Shown here piece after piece: positions 38,554 through 47,393 of a stretch of DNA of 64,000 nt (positions are counted from its first letter, which is position 1; each line of letters opens with the position of its first letter). A program made the translations under genes and the position numbers. Under the pieces are notes generated by a model. The model searched no databases. It saw only the letters and a program-made list of their open reading frames with translations, and was not told the DNA's origin. The DNA is from an uncultured Proteiniphilum sp. (lineage in GTDB: Bacteria > Bacteroidota > Bacteroidia > Bacteroidales > Dysgonomonadaceae), in contig CAZRRC010000007.1 in NCBI GenBank assembly GCA_964602395.1, forward strand, positions 181 through 64,180, in the 5' to 3' direction.

Positions 38554-40473
38554 TTATTTGATGATCGCTACAAAGCCGCCGCGGGGCAGGCATTCCACTT
38601 CAATGGTATCGGAAAAATCAGTCAGTGAAGATTCCTCTGTGATGGTAAAATTTCTATCATCTGTTCCATCACTGAAAATGGTGATGGTCTTGTGGATCCC
38701 AGCGAGTGCGGCCGGAGAGAACGTCAGGGTAAGAGGTTCTTTTGTACCGTTGATACCAGCTACATACCAGCTATCCCCTTTGCATCTGGCTAGTACCACC
38801 GACTCACCCGGGTAGCCGGCAAGCAGTTTTGTTTCATCCCATGTTGTGGGTAACCCGGATAGAAATGTCCGGATCGGTGCCGGTAGAGAGCGGTAGGATT
38901 CGGGGCGGTCGGGCATGTGTTGCAGTGCCGACTCAAAAAGGATGGTCAGTGCCAGCTCATGGCCGTGGGAGGTGATATGGTGATGTTGTGAGTCGTTGAA
39001 GGTACCGGGTGTGTAATCCATCGGTCCCACAACGTTTCTGGTGAAGGGAAGTGTGGTGTTGTGTCTGGCGGCTTTGCCGGTTAACAAGGGTCGGTTGTTG
39101 TACCATTCCGCACCATAAACTGCTTCCATGGTCATCATATGGGGGTAGGTACGCTGCCATCCACGGGGCAATGTCGCACCATGGAAATTGATGAGTAGCT
39201 GAGAGTCGATTGCATCTTCCAGAAGATCGATGTAATAATTCATCTCCTTGTGACCGTCACCATTGAAGAAATCCACCTTGATGCCGGAGACACCCATCTC
39301 TTTTAGTTTGCTGTATTCGTTGACCCGACTCTCTTTCTCGTTCAGCACAAATAGGGGTCCGGGTGCACCCTCGCCGTTCCAGCTGGTGGATGAGTTGTAC
39401 CACAACAGGGTCTGAATGCCTTTTCCCGCAGCATACTGGACTGCATCGTTAACATTTCCGCCATTGGCCATCTCATTCCATTTCCAGTCGATCAGGTTGT
39501 AGGGCCATCTCATCTCCGCTGCTAGGTCGATATACTTCTTTACGATCTGATAGTCATTAGAACCGTTGTTGTGTGCCCAGTAAATCCAGGCAGCAGGACC
39601 CGGCCTGATCCAGTCGCAGTCGTTTACCTTTGAAGGTTCTGATACGTCGGTGACCAGTGTGGACTCTACTACATCAGCCAGGTTCCCGATAATCATCAAT
39701 CGCCAGGGTGACTCCCAGTCACCACTCACGGGTAGTTCTTTATCGGCCAGCTCCAGCCAATAAGCACTGCTATCGGCTTCATTGTTCAGATGTGAGCCAC
39801 ACTGATCCCTGCCTATATTGGCTTCAGTGATCAATACAAAGATAGAGTCGGCCGGCTCCAGCAGCAATGGATAGGCCCAGCGGTAATTGATCCGATTGGA
39901 GCGAAGATCCGGCTCGGGTATCCCGCTGCACGTAAGGTCATAGAAACCTTCGTAGTCGATTTTCAATGGCTGAATCCATCGTTTTACACCTTCCGCAATG
40001 GGATAGATGGTAGCTTCTTTCGTAATAACCTCCCCTTCACTTTTGCTGGTAAAACGATAACGGAAAGCCACGCCGTCATTGTAGGTACGTACCTCGAGAT
40101 GCAATTTTTCACCTGCGGGGTTTTCAAAAGTGTACACCTGTTCCATGGCCTGATTACGGCATAGGCGTTTCTTGCCGCTGATCATGGTGTATTCTTCACT
40201 GATCGTTACGGGCGTGGAAACTGCGATCAGCCTCAGGCTGTCACTCAGGTTCTGCCTGTTGCTGCGGACTCCTGTCAGCAGATTTTCAAAAAGGGTATGG
40301 CTGTTGCTGGCTTCCTGGAAAGTGATGGTCAGGGAAGGCCAACCAAAAGAGTCTCCCTTTGTGCAGTATAACACAGCTTCAATATTCCCATTTGGTGAGG
40401 TGAGCCGATTCTGGCCGGTAACAAGGGGTGTGGTCATGGCAAGCAGCAGTGCCGGAAATAAGATTCGTCGCAT
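38554..40473 (-). CDS. GH97 glycoside hydrolase (retaining type), second paralog
   Basis: YNDGVAFRY, SPWR, WIYW, GIKVDFF, INFHGA, GPMDYTPG, LPTTWDET; signal peptide. Confidence 0.9.
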   Translation of the reverse strand: MRRILFPALLLAMTTPLVTGQNRLTSPNGNIEAVLYCTKGDSFGWPSLTITFQEASNSHTLFENLLTGVRSNRQNLSDSLRLIAVSTPVTISEEYTMISGKKRLCRNQAMEQVYTFENPAGEKLHLEVRTYNDGVAFRYRFTSKSEGEVITKEATIYPIAEGVKRWIQPLKIDYEGFYDLTCSGIPEPDLRSNRINYRWAYPLLLEPADSIFVLITEANIGRDQCGSHLNNEADSSAYWLELADKELPVSGDWESPWRLMIIGNLADVVESTLVTDVSEPSKVNDCDWIRPGPAAWIYWAHNNGSNDYQIVKKYIDLAAEMRWPYNLIDWKWNEMANGGNVNDAVQYAAGKGIQTLLWYNSSTSWNGEGAPGPLFVLNEKESRVNEYSKLKEMGVSGIKVDFFNGDGHKEMNYYIDLLEDAIDSQLLINFHGATLPRGWQRTYPHMMTMEAVYGAEWYNNRPLLTGKAARHNTTLPFTRNVVGPMDYTPGTFNDSQHHHITSHGHELALTILFESALQHMPDRPESYRSLPAPIRTFLSGLPTTWDETKLLAGYPGESVVLARCKGDSWYVAGINGTKEPLTLTFSPAALAGIHKTITIFSDGTDDRNFTITEESSLTDFSDTIEVECLPRGGFVAIIK

Positions 40474-40485
40474 GATATTACTTTA

Positions 40486-43113
40486 TCAATCAATTTTTAT
40501 GTTTTTTTCCCTGCCGTGATAGGTAATTGTGACCGTTGTTTCATTCACATTGGCGTCGTTTTCACAGGCAGGCTTTACCAATCGCAGACGAAAGGTCTGG
40601 CTTTGTTTCATTCCCGGAAATGTTCCTTCTCTATTTGCGATGGTTAAGGTCGATTCCGAATCATCCCAGCTCAACCCGATGGTGCTGAAGAGACCTTCTT
40701 CATAGTGGTAATTATCCCCCTCGTCTTCATAGAGGGTGTAAGAGGCATCACCTCCCGGATAAATACAAATTTCCATGGGTTCGTCTGTCTGTTCGGATGT
40801 GTATTGTCGGGTGGGTCCCAACGGAATGATGGATCCTGCCCTGACAAAAAGGGGTATGGCGGTGAGATCGACGGGCACTTCGATGAATCTCCCTCCCTCA
40901 TGTAGCTTGCCGCTCTGGAAGTCTATCCACCCCTTCTCCTGCTTGGGGAGATAGAGCGACCACTTTTTTACATCCGGTTCGGTAACAGGACATATAAGGA
41001 GAGAGGGACCGAACATGAATTGATGCTTTTGTTCCAATGCTGCAGGATCATCGGCAAAGTCCATCACCAGCGGACGCATCAGGGTGGAACCCTTCATGCT
41101 GACACGCGATGCTTCCGAGTAGATGTAGGGGAGCAGCCGGTAGCGCAGATCGAGGGTCTGTGACACCACCTTTTCCACCTCTTCACCATAACGCCAGGGT
41201 TCGGTGTTACTCATGTATCCATGTACCCTTAACAGCGGGAAGAAGACGGCAGTCTGGAACCAACGGATAAACATTTCGTGATAGGCGGTGTTGGAGTACT
41301 GGTCCGCGAGCCGGAAGAAGCCGCCCGCATCGTAGGTCCACCAGGGCAGTCCTGTACTCATCTGTCCCAGCCCTGCGGTGATCTGTCGGCGCAGGGTCTC
41401 CCAGTCGTGTCCCACATCGCCCGACCAGGTGGCGGTTCCATACCGCTGCATGCCGGAAAAGGCACTGCGTGTAAGAATGAAGGCACGCCGGCCGAGGTCA
41501 TCCCTGCGCAGGCCCTCATAGACCGTCCTGTTCACATAGAGCGGGTAAACATTGCGCAGCAGTTCACCGGGCAGTGTGCCGTTGAGAATCTTTCGGTTCC
41601 TGAGATCATCGTTCTCCGGCTCAGTGGCATCCAGCCACCAGGCATCGATACCGTAGGGTAGCATCTTTCCGGAGAAGTGATTCCAGTAGGCTGTTGCCGC
41701 ATCAGGGTTGAAAAAGTCAATCCAATCGCTGCCTGGGATATAATAGCCATTTGCTTCCATCTCTTTGCCGACAGCTGACTGTTTGTCAATTTTCGACCAG
41801 ACAGAAATCATCATGCGCATGTTCATCTCGTGAAGCTGTCGCACCATCTCCGCCGGATCGGGATAGCGTTCCTCATCAAACCGCATGGCATTCCATCCGT
41901 GCCTACCCCAGTATTGCCAGTCTTGTACAATCACATCGATGGGGAGACCCTTCTGCCGGAAGGTGCGGGCATTCTCCAGCAGTTCCTCCTGCGTTTGGTA
42001 ACGTTCCCGGCAATGAATATATCCAAATGCCCAGATCGGCAACATGGGTGCCGGTCCGGTCAGCTCCCGGTAGCTGGCAATCACCTCATCACCGTTGCCG
42101 GCAAAAATGGTATAATCGAGTGCCTCTGCCACCGGGGAGGAGAGGACAGTTTCATCGGTGACCTTTCTCCAGTAGAGCTCGGGACGGTCCTGCTCTTCTC
42201 CCTCCATGGTTATTTGATGGCTTCCTGCCGACAACGTAGCGATAAGTGAGGTGGTAGGAGGCAGCCAGATGTTGTTCACATCGATCAGTGTGTCGCCGTC
42301 GATCACCAGGTGATGCTTCCGAGCCATTGTCTGCCCTACGTCGAGTAGCAGGGCGTAACTACCATCAGCAGGAAGTGTCAGTGTACCGGTAAAGCGCTTC
42401 ATACACCTGGTTTCCCGTCGGTTACCGCTGGTGCCGGTTGCATCCACTGTAACACTCTCTACCTGGTTCTCATCCCGATGCAATGGCAGTACATTCTCAG
42501 CTGGATTGAAGTCAGTGAGCCCGTAGTTGTTCCACAACAGGCCATACCCACGACTAGAAAGGATGAAAGGAATGGCTATCTGGCTGTTTACTTGGGTGAG
42601 TCGACGGGATAATCCCCTGATGTTGAGGTGCCCGTCCTGAAACTGTCCCGTCCCAAACAGGTATTCTCCTGGAGGAGAATCAAACCGCTGCATCACTTTG
42701 TTGACTGCGAGATTATCGATGCTGTCTATCTCCAGGATACGTCCTTCTGCTTTTTCGCTCAACAACAGATTTCCTTGCTGATCGGTGAAACAGAGGATTC
42801 TCTTTTCCTTGTTGAAAACGGCAACGATACTCTCCATCTTCAGGGTGATTGTTTCGGCATCGTGCATAACCTGATAGGCAGGTATTTTTACCTTTTCACA
42901 GTAGATCAGCTCGTCCGGGTAGAGATGCAATTCTTTTTTTCTGAAAGAAACACGGATGGTGCGCTCATTCAAAGGTATGAGATGGAGTACGCCGCCATCG
43001 GTCTCTATCCTCACTCCTTTTCCGGTATCCTGAAATTGAGACCAGGGAGAGGAGGTGAATGAAAAGAGGATCAAACAGCAGAAAAAGAGTAAAACAGTTT
43101 TACAGCGTGACAT
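40486..43113 (-). CDS. GH31 alpha-xylosidase-like enzyme with a PA14-like insert
   Basis: PMLPIWAFGYIHCRERY, VQDWQYW, WWLDATEP, WSGDV, WWTYDAGGF; about 110-aa insert at 42165-42495; ATG 43113 (the ORF-track start 43137 is a TTG). Confidence 0.9.
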   Translation of the reverse strand: MSRCKTVLLFFCCLILFSFTSSPWSQFQDTGKGVRIETDGGVLHLIPLNERTIRVSFRKKELHLYPDELIYCEKVKIPAYQVMHDAETITLKMESIVAVFNKEKRILCFTDQQGNLLLSEKAEGRILEIDSIDNLAVNKVMQRFDSPPGEYLFGTGQFQDGHLNIRGLSRRLTQVNSQIAIPFILSSRGYGLLWNNYGLTDFNPAENVLPLHRDENQVESVTVDATGTSGNRRETRCMKRFTGTLTLPADGSYALLLDVGQTMARKHHLVIDGDTLIDVNNIWLPPTTSLIATLSAGSHQITMEGEEQDRPELYWRKVTDETVLSSPVAEALDYTIFAGNGDEVIASYRELTGPAPMLPIWAFGYIHCRERYQTQEELLENARTFRQKGLPIDVIVQDWQYWGRHGWNAMRFDEERYPDPAEMVRQLHEMNMRMMISVWSKIDKQSAVGKEMEANGYYIPGSDWIDFFNPDAATAYWNHFSGKMLPYGIDAWWLDATEPENDDLRNRKILNGTLPGELLRNVYPLYVNRTVYEGLRRDDLGRRAFILTRSAFSGMQRYGTATWSGDVGHDWETLRRQITAGLGQMSTGLPWWTYDAGGFFRLADQYSNTAYHEMFIRWFQTAVFFPLLRVHGYMSNTEPWRYGEEVEKVVSQTLDLRYRLLPYIYSEASRVSMKGSTLMRPLVMDFADDPAALEQKHQFMFGPSLLICPVTEPDVKKWSLYLPKQEKGWIDFQSGKLHEGGRFIEVPVDLTAIPLFVRAGSIIPLGPTRQYTSEQTDEPMEICIYPGGDASYTLYEDEGDNYHYEEGLFSTIGLSWDDSESTLTIANREGTFPGMKQSQTFRLRLVKPACENDANVNETTVTITYHGREKNIKID

Positions 43114-43149
43114 ACTATTAAAAGCGGCTTTGTGCAAACTATACAGAGT

Positions 43150-46011
43150 TTATTTTTTCAGGATAGTGAGCATCTGATCGGCATAACGTTCTCCCAGCAT
43201 TCTGTAACCTTCGGCTGAAAAGTGCAGGTTGTCCGGTCCGTCTTTGCAGCCTGCTGAAGAGATGACATGGCTGTTGGGGATTACCTGTGGCAAGGTCTGG
43301 ATGATCTCGTTCATGGACGCGCAGACACCTCCCTGATCGGCATGCACCACCTCCCCTGCAAGCAGTGGTACGGAGTTGGGAGCCAGTCCCACATCCCTGA
43401 GGAGCGTGTCATATACTTTTTTTACCTTCAGTGGCCATTCTTTGTCACCGGTATTGGATTCACCCTGATGTAGCAGAATCCCCTTGATGATGCCACCCTG
43501 CTGCCGTGCAAGACGGGCCATCTCCACCAGGCGCTGATAAGGATTGCCATCATACTCCGCGACCATGTTCTTCAGCCAGTCGGGAGAGGTGGTCACATAT
43601 TCCTGGTAGTGTTCCTTGTCGAAGAGCTCAATCTTACATCCACCCACTGCCACATTGATGACACCCACCGAGATGTGGGCGGGCAGTTCAGCGGTCATCT
43701 TTCGCCCGAAATAGTCGACCGGTCCGAGGCCTGTATGACAGCGCACAAGCGGCGGGATGGCTTTATACCACATACCTTTTACCCTTCCCAGATTTTCACA
43801 GTCAATGGTCTGCATCATCTGGAAACGATTGTCGATGTTGGTGGTATCTTCCGGTTTGAACCGTACGTGACCTTCCATATTCGATTGTCCCAGACAGAGA
43901 TAGACATGCATCTCTTCCTTTTCTGTTTCAAACTGAATCTGGTATGTTTTGACCACGCCGTTGTAGTTGAATTCCACCTTGGCACTACCTGTGAGAGCGT
44001 TGGCTTGTGTAATGTTTACTTTCACCTTCTTGTGATTGGAGGAGGCAGTCACTGTGGGCAGCGTGGTTGTCCCGTAAGGCAGTGTATAGGTGGCCTCATA
44101 CAGATTATAGCCAACAATGCCATTGGCATTGGTCGATCTGACAGGATATTCCGGTAGCTCTATCTCCTTCCCATTGACGGCAATGGAAACTGAGGGAATC
44201 ACCGGAGGAGCAATTTTCTTCTTTTTTGAACTGAAGCCAAGCCCTGTTAAATCAAAAAGTTCGGTTGATTCCGGCCCTTCTGCTACCAGGAAGATAGCAT
44301 GCTTCCTATCGAGGTGATCCACATAGCGGGCTACATCGATGGTGAACTGTGTCATTTTTTCTGCAGAATTTGCCGGAACAACAATTTCCCCAATTTTGGT
44401 TCCTTTCCAGGTTTCATTTTCCCAGGGACCATCCAACCACACACTGACCTTGAACGATTCCAATGTTTTGGGTGTCAGGAAGAGGTTGAAGGCAGTTTTG
44501 TTCCCTTTTTTTGTTCCCTTAAAAGATTTCAATCCTTTGGTATCCTTTTTGATTCCACCAAAACCAAAGTATTTGTATCCGATGACATGACCATTTTTGA
44601 CGTTGCCAATGGGCATGTGGTTGTTCCAGATATCCCAAGCGTCATGCTGGATGGTGACATCGGAAAGATAGCAGGCATACCCTGCAGAGTAATACTGATA
44701 AGGGTCAAGGCCGTAGATATGAAAACCTTCCGAAGTAACCTCCGCACCCTTGTATTCTCTTCCGTTGCTGTCCTTGGCGTGCCATATCTGGTCTTCGGTG
44801 TAGGGATCGTAAGCCCTGATGGTGACCATACCACCTTCCGAAACCGGCTTCTCATCCCATTCCACCTTCAGGGGAGCCACCATGGGCTGGCGCGCAAAGC
44901 CAAAGCCTCTAGGCGGTCTGTGGTAGAAGACGTACCACTGGTCGTTAATCAGCTCGATGCTGCCATGCGTATTGTGACCGGCATAGGAGGTCTCGATGGC
45001 CGATCCATCTTTGTTGAGTACAGGAGCCCGTGAATCGACCAGTACTCCACCGCTTCTCCAGGGACCCAGGGGGGAATCGCCCACGGCATAGCGCAGGGTA
45101 GAGTTGGAGCTGCCCACCCCATACTCGGGGCCCGAATAGCCGCTGAAAACGGTGACATACTTGTTCCCTACCTTGCGGATGGAGGATGCTTCAAAAAAGT
45201 TGAATGTTTTCAAATCCTGATCTGGATAGATCTGCGGGTAACGGGTACCTTCCGGATCGCGGATCATGCCATAACGAGCACTGGCGGGAAGAAAGTAGCT
45301 GATCACTTCTGTGCCGGGCCTGAGGGAATACATGGTCTGCTGATCCAGCTGAGCGGCCAGTGACCGCTGGAACCCCCAGTATCCGTAAGCCCTAAAGCCA
45401 ATCTCGTAATCGGGATCGGCTGGATCAGTAACATATTCAATATAAACAGCGGGATCAAAGCCCAGGATACTTCCAGAAATTGTGCTTTTACCATCTTCGG
45501 TCAGGTTGATGGGGGTGAAAGGACCATCGGGACGGCTGCCTTTGGCAACCATTGCCTCTCGGCGTGGACCGCGGCTGTGCGGATAGAGATAGTACTCTTT
45601 TGTGCCATCCTTTTTTTTCACTTCTACCAGATCAGGCGCATACATTACATCCCATTGACCATCAATCTGGTAGGTAAAGATTGGGCCTTCATCTCTCCAC
45701 TGGCTGAGATCCTCTACGGGTGCCGACCACATTCTGATATCCGGTCCGCAATAACTGGTGAACCGCAGGTCGTGTGAGCCGATGATGTAGGCCCGGTATT
45801 TACCTGGATTATCGGGATCCTCGAACACACGGGGCTCCCCATCGGGCAAATGCTCCCACAGAGGCAGATAGGGGTTCCCGGCTGCTTTATGGATAAATTT
45901 CGATTGTTGTGCCATTAACTCCGGAATGGAGAAGATACAGATGACCAAACAGATTCCCATGAGAATTTGTTTGTGTAACAAAGCGTTCAGATTTTTCATA
46001 AACAGAATCAT
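43150..46011 (-). CDS. Bifunctional GH43 + CBM-like + Ig-like + CE6 acetyl xylan esterase
   Basis: N-terminal NPYLPLWEHLPDGEPRVF, GFDPA, FFEASS, HNTHGS (GH43); C-terminal YLCLGQSNMEG, VAVGGC, LHQGESN, DNLHF (CE6 SGNH) at about 43153-43915; signal peptide. Confidence 0.88.
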   Translation of the reverse strand: MILFMKNLNALLHKQILMGICLVICIFSIPELMAQQSKFIHKAAGNPYLPLWEHLPDGEPRVFEDPDNPGKYRAYIIGSHDLRFTSYCGPDIRMWSAPVEDLSQWRDEGPIFTYQIDGQWDVMYAPDLVEVKKKDGTKEYYLYPHSRGPRREAMVAKGSRPDGPFTPINLTEDGKSTISGSILGFDPAVYIEYVTDPADPDYEIGFRAYGYWGFQRSLAAQLDQQTMYSLRPGTEVISYFLPASARYGMIRDPEGTRYPQIYPDQDLKTFNFFEASSIRKVGNKYVTVFSGYSGPEYGVGSSNSTLRYAVGDSPLGPWRSGGVLVDSRAPVLNKDGSAIETSYAGHNTHGSIELINDQWYVFYHRPPRGFGFARQPMVAPLKVEWDEKPVSEGGMVTIRAYDPYTEDQIWHAKDSNGREYKGAEVTSEGFHIYGLDPYQYYSAGYACYLSDVTIQHDAWDIWNNHMPIGNVKNGHVIGYKYFGFGGIKKDTKGLKSFKGTKKGNKTAFNLFLTPKTLESFKVSVWLDGPWENETWKGTKIGEIVVPANSAEKMTQFTIDVARYVDHLDRKHAIFLVAEGPESTELFDLTGLGFSSKKKKIAPPVIPSVSIAVNGKEIELPEYPVRSTNANGIVGYNLYEATYTLPYGTTTLPTVTASSNHKKVKVNITQANALTGSAKVEFNYNGVVKTYQIQFETEKEEMHVYLCLGQSNMEGHVRFKPEDTTNIDNRFQMMQTIDCENLGRVKGMWYKAIPPLVRCHTGLGPVDYFGRKMTAELPAHISVGVINVAVGGCKIELFDKEHYQEYVTTSPDWLKNMVAEYDGNPYQRLVEMARLARQQGGIIKGILLHQGESNTGDKEWPLKVKKVYDTLLRDVGLAPNSVPLLAGEVVHADQGGVCASMNEIIQTLPQVIPNSHVISSAGCKDGPDNLHFSAEGYRMLGERYADQMLTILKK

Positions 46012-46044
46012 AAAAGCGTTTAGATATTGTATTGACTATTTTCG

Positions 46045-47328
46045 TTATTTTTCCAAGGAGAGGTTTGCTTCGGGGGAGATGATCCTATATGTGCCGCTCA
46101 GGTGCATCCATGCAAACATTCGCAATAAACCGTCGTAGTAAGCATCGAAGTAGCCATCCTCATAAGGTTCATGGCGGCTGTTCCAAAAATGTTCCACAAA
46201 CTCCCGGCTCTTTTCGTGTGAACAAACCAATGATATGGCCGCCGAGCTGGCCACCAGACCGAGCGAGTGACGCAGTTTCTTATAGCCACCGGCACCCAGG
46301 ATTTCAGACACTTCACTCCCATCCACATTGTACTGATCCACGAAGGTCTCCAGACCTTTTGCGTACAGGAAATTCTGAATCGTATGTCCATATTGCTGCT
46401 GCCACTCCCTGTCTTCGCAAGCCCAGGAATAATCGAGGGCGATATTCATAGGGACACGCCATGAGTCGAACCTGAATGCATCACCGATGATGCGTCCACT
46501 GTTGAGTAGCGATCCGTCGTAGTGACTATAGTCGGGGTTTAACCCTGTTTCGGGATGAATGACTTTTTTCAGGTAATCACGGCTTATTTGGGCACACTCC
46601 CTCCAGTAATCGGATCTTCCATCTTCGGCCCATTGAGCCCACACTTCGTAGAAGGCTGGAACATGATAGGAGGGATCTGTAAAACTGGCTGCAAATCCTA
46701 CGGGTACAAAAGTGATCAACTGCTTTTCGGGATGTATCAGCGGCGTTACGCCGTTATCTCCGGTTTTGTCCATGGAGTTGTTGAGAATGAACTGTGCTTC
46801 GGAAAGATAATCGATGCCGGTTTCATTTCCCCAGAGGTTGGAAGCAAAGATCAGGGACGTGACAAAATATAACTCTCCATCGGAAGCAGGACCTTCTGAA
46901 TTGGGTGTACCGTCTGTACGGCAGCTCCAACGAAAGTATGCTTTCATCGGTCCTTCCTGATGTTGCATGTAATGCTTCGACCAGCGCCAAAGACGATCGA
47001 ATATCTCTTTTTTATCGAACTGCACGGCAATCATCATACCATAAGACATACCTTCCGAGCGTACATCATTATTTTTGATGTCGGAAATGTAGGCCATGGA
47101 ATCTCCTGCTTCAAAATATATTTTCTGTGGACCTTCGAACAAGTCGGAGAATGCTTCTTTCATTTTGGCATCTATCTCACGTTGTTTGTAGCCCATTTCA
47201 ACAAGCAGATTGCGGTACTCTCCCGTTTCAAAGGCCCCTTTCTCCCAGGGTTTCAGAGCTGCGGATGTGCAATGGGTCAATAGCAAGCAACCTATTAAAA
47301 TGAGCAGTTGAAAAAATTTGATGTTCAT
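46045..47328 (-). CDS. rex8A: GH8 reducing-end xylose-releasing exo-oligoxylanase (Rex-like)
   Basis: DVRSEGMSYGM (acid Glu), PASDGE, TDPSYH, FRFDSWR, YYDGLL; GETGEYRNL-type N-terminus of Bacteroidetes Rex; possible lipobox LLTHC. Confidence 0.87.
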   Translation of the reverse strand: MNIKFFQLLILIGCLLLTHCTSAALKPWEKGAFETGEYRNLLVEMGYKQREIDAKMKEAFSDLFEGPQKIYFEAGDSMAYISDIKNNDVRSEGMSYGMMIAVQFDKKEIFDRLWRWSKHYMQHQEGPMKAYFRWSCRTDGTPNSEGPASDGELYFVTSLIFASNLWGNETGIDYLSEAQFILNNSMDKTGDNGVTPLIHPEKQLITFVPVGFAASFTDPSYHVPAFYEVWAQWAEDGRSDYWRECAQISRDYLKKVIHPETGLNPDYSHYDGSLLNSGRIIGDAFRFDSWRVPMNIALDYSWACEDREWQQQYGHTIQNFLYAKGLETFVDQYNVDGSEVSEILGAGGYKKLRHSLGLVASSAAISLVCSHEKSREFVEHFWNSRHEPYEDGYFDAYYDGLLRMFAWMHLSGTYRIISPEANLSLEK

Positions 47329-47393
47329 AATGTGATATGGTTTCTTGTTGTGCCTCCAATGTGGATCGGCATCATCGTTCTTTATGCTGGTGC

